Shown: piece after piece, positions 62,588 through 64,000 of the stretch
Numbering within the stretch: the first letter of the stretch is position 1
Layout of the letters: each line of letters opens with the position of its first letter
Made by a program: the position numbers and the translations under genes
DNA from: Eledone cirrhosa
Taxonomy: Eukaryota
Assembly: GCA_964016885.1 (NCBI GenBank)
Contig: OZ024742.1
Coordinates: 295,058,001 to 295,122,000 of the forward strand
Length of the DNA: 64,000 bases
Direction: 5' to 3'
The notes under the pieces: model-generated
What the model saw: only the letters and a program-made list of their open reading frames with translations
Databases searched by the model: none
What the model was told of the DNA's origin: nothing

Positions 62588-62679
62588 CTTTCAAATTGGT
62601 AGTCAAATGTCATCTCTTGCCCAGCATTAATAAACTTTTTCGTGAAAAACCCAATACGCAGCATTCCATTCACTGTCCA
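62588..62679 (-). CDS. SETD2: SETD2 exon (SET domain C-terminal part)
   Basis: WTVNGMLRIGFFTKKFINAGQEMTFDYQFE, compared with human WTVNGQLRVGFFTTKLVPSGSELTFDYQFQ; AG/GT. Confidence 0.95.
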
Positions 62680-63424
62680 CTATAATGAGAACATTACAAG
62701 AAATTAACTGAATATCAAAACTGATGTGGCTCATCTGTTAGACACGCAGTGACTAACAGAATGTTTTAAGTCTGCATGTTGTCTGACAATATATGCGTAG
62801 CTTGTGAATAAAAAATTCAAGGGGTATCGCTGGCCGTGGCAATTCCTTCCAAACATGTTTTGTAATGTATCGTCTTATTGGCTAATCAACCAACGAGAGT
62901 AATTGTTGCTCAAAAGCGTTTTGTTTGCACGTTTATTTATCGTTTCGCTTTTGAATCTCTCTCCTGTATTTTGTCGTTTTATCATCAAAATATTTTTCTC
63001 ATTTTGGTAAGTTATATTATTAATTTATATGATTTTTTAAATTTATATTAACTATTTTTTTTCAGTTCGTTATAACATGCTTAGAATATTGGTTGTATCA
63101 TATTTACTTGTTATCATATTATTGTTCGTTTTGTTAGATTATTTTTTTTATTATTATGTTAGAATATTTGTATGTAATATTTAATTTTTATTAATTCAAC
63201 TATAACAATTATTATGTAAAATATATTTATTTTATATTGATTGTTTTTTGTAGTTGTTTATATTAAAAGTCTGAAAATATTTTTATACATCTTACAATAA
63301 TATTTATAAGATCATTTATAAAATAACAATTATATAATCTAATTACATTACAACGATAATTTATTATTAATATATATCATGTTTAGCTAGAGTTATTACA
63401 AGCGTTGCCTTAAAAAAATATTAA

Positions 63425-63837
63425 ACTAGACCTGAAAAATGCGCAAGCTCAAAAGAGCCACAGAATGTTATAAACCTTCAAAAGTGTGGGACTAGAGTTG
63501 TTGCTCAAAAATATTGTAATCATTATCTATCGTACACTCTGTGGCATCCTTTTATAAAAAAAGAGACTCATAATGAAGTCAAGACGACACGATAATTATT
63601 TAAGTGAATTTATAATATAGAATTCGGTTTAAGTGCATTTCGTATTAATCATTAGCTTAAATAATTATCGTGTCGTCTTGAGTTCATTATGAGTCCCTCT
63701 TTTATAAAAGGATGCCACAGAGTGTATGATAGATAATGATTACAATATTTTTGAGCAACAACTCTAGTCCCACGCTTTTGAAGGTTTATTATAACATTCG
63801 GTGGCTCTTTTGAGGTTGCGCATTTTTCAGGTCTAGT
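63425..63837. mobile_element. Fold-back/MITE-like element with ~180-bp inverted arms
   Basis: 63425-63604 is the near-perfect reverse complement of 63656-63837, with a 51-bp spacer and ACTAG...CTAGT ends. Confidence 0.8.
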
Positions 63838-64000
63838 AATATATGTAAATTAATTTCTATACACAATTAATTTAGAATGTTTTTGACTGATGAAATAATT
63901 CGAAATTTAATGGGTTTTTTTTTTTTTTTTTTTTCATTTAAAGAATTAAATATTTATTCTTAAACCAATTTTTCTGAAAGCGCTATTTAGTTTTTATTAG

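Overview
AT-rich, repeat-dense animal genomic DNA. The SINE families and microsatellite style suggest a coleoid cephalopod, probably an octopod (inference). The right half (32.5-62.7 kb, minus strand) holds 15 GT-AG coding exons of the H3K36 trimethyltransferase SETD2, running from the end of the SET domain through post-SET, WW and SRI to the stop codon; the 5' part lies beyond the window. At 21349-23583 (+) is an intact, intronless 744-aa ORF with a signal peptide, a Cys-rich ectodomain and about 10 transmembrane segments that I cannot assign to a known family. The first 20 kb is a nest of non-LTR retroelements: several RTE copies, an apparently full-length CR1-type LINE, tRNA-derived SINEs and (TA)n arrays. 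The most unusual signal is a cluster of eight type I hammerhead ribozyme folds of about six sequence types between 7.9 and 16.1 kb. They sit in short non-coding, Penelope-pLTR-like units with inverted or direct repeats, anchored in (TA)n microsatellites. Some have very long stem II insertions or a U4A core change, one is split at its cleavage helix by the CR1 insertion, and related copies inside SETD2 introns have lost the catalytic core. A decayed mariner, a non-autonomous Helitron, piggyBac/Tc1/hAT MITEs and two large intronic hairpins are also present. All calls were made by eye; repeat boundaries are approximate.
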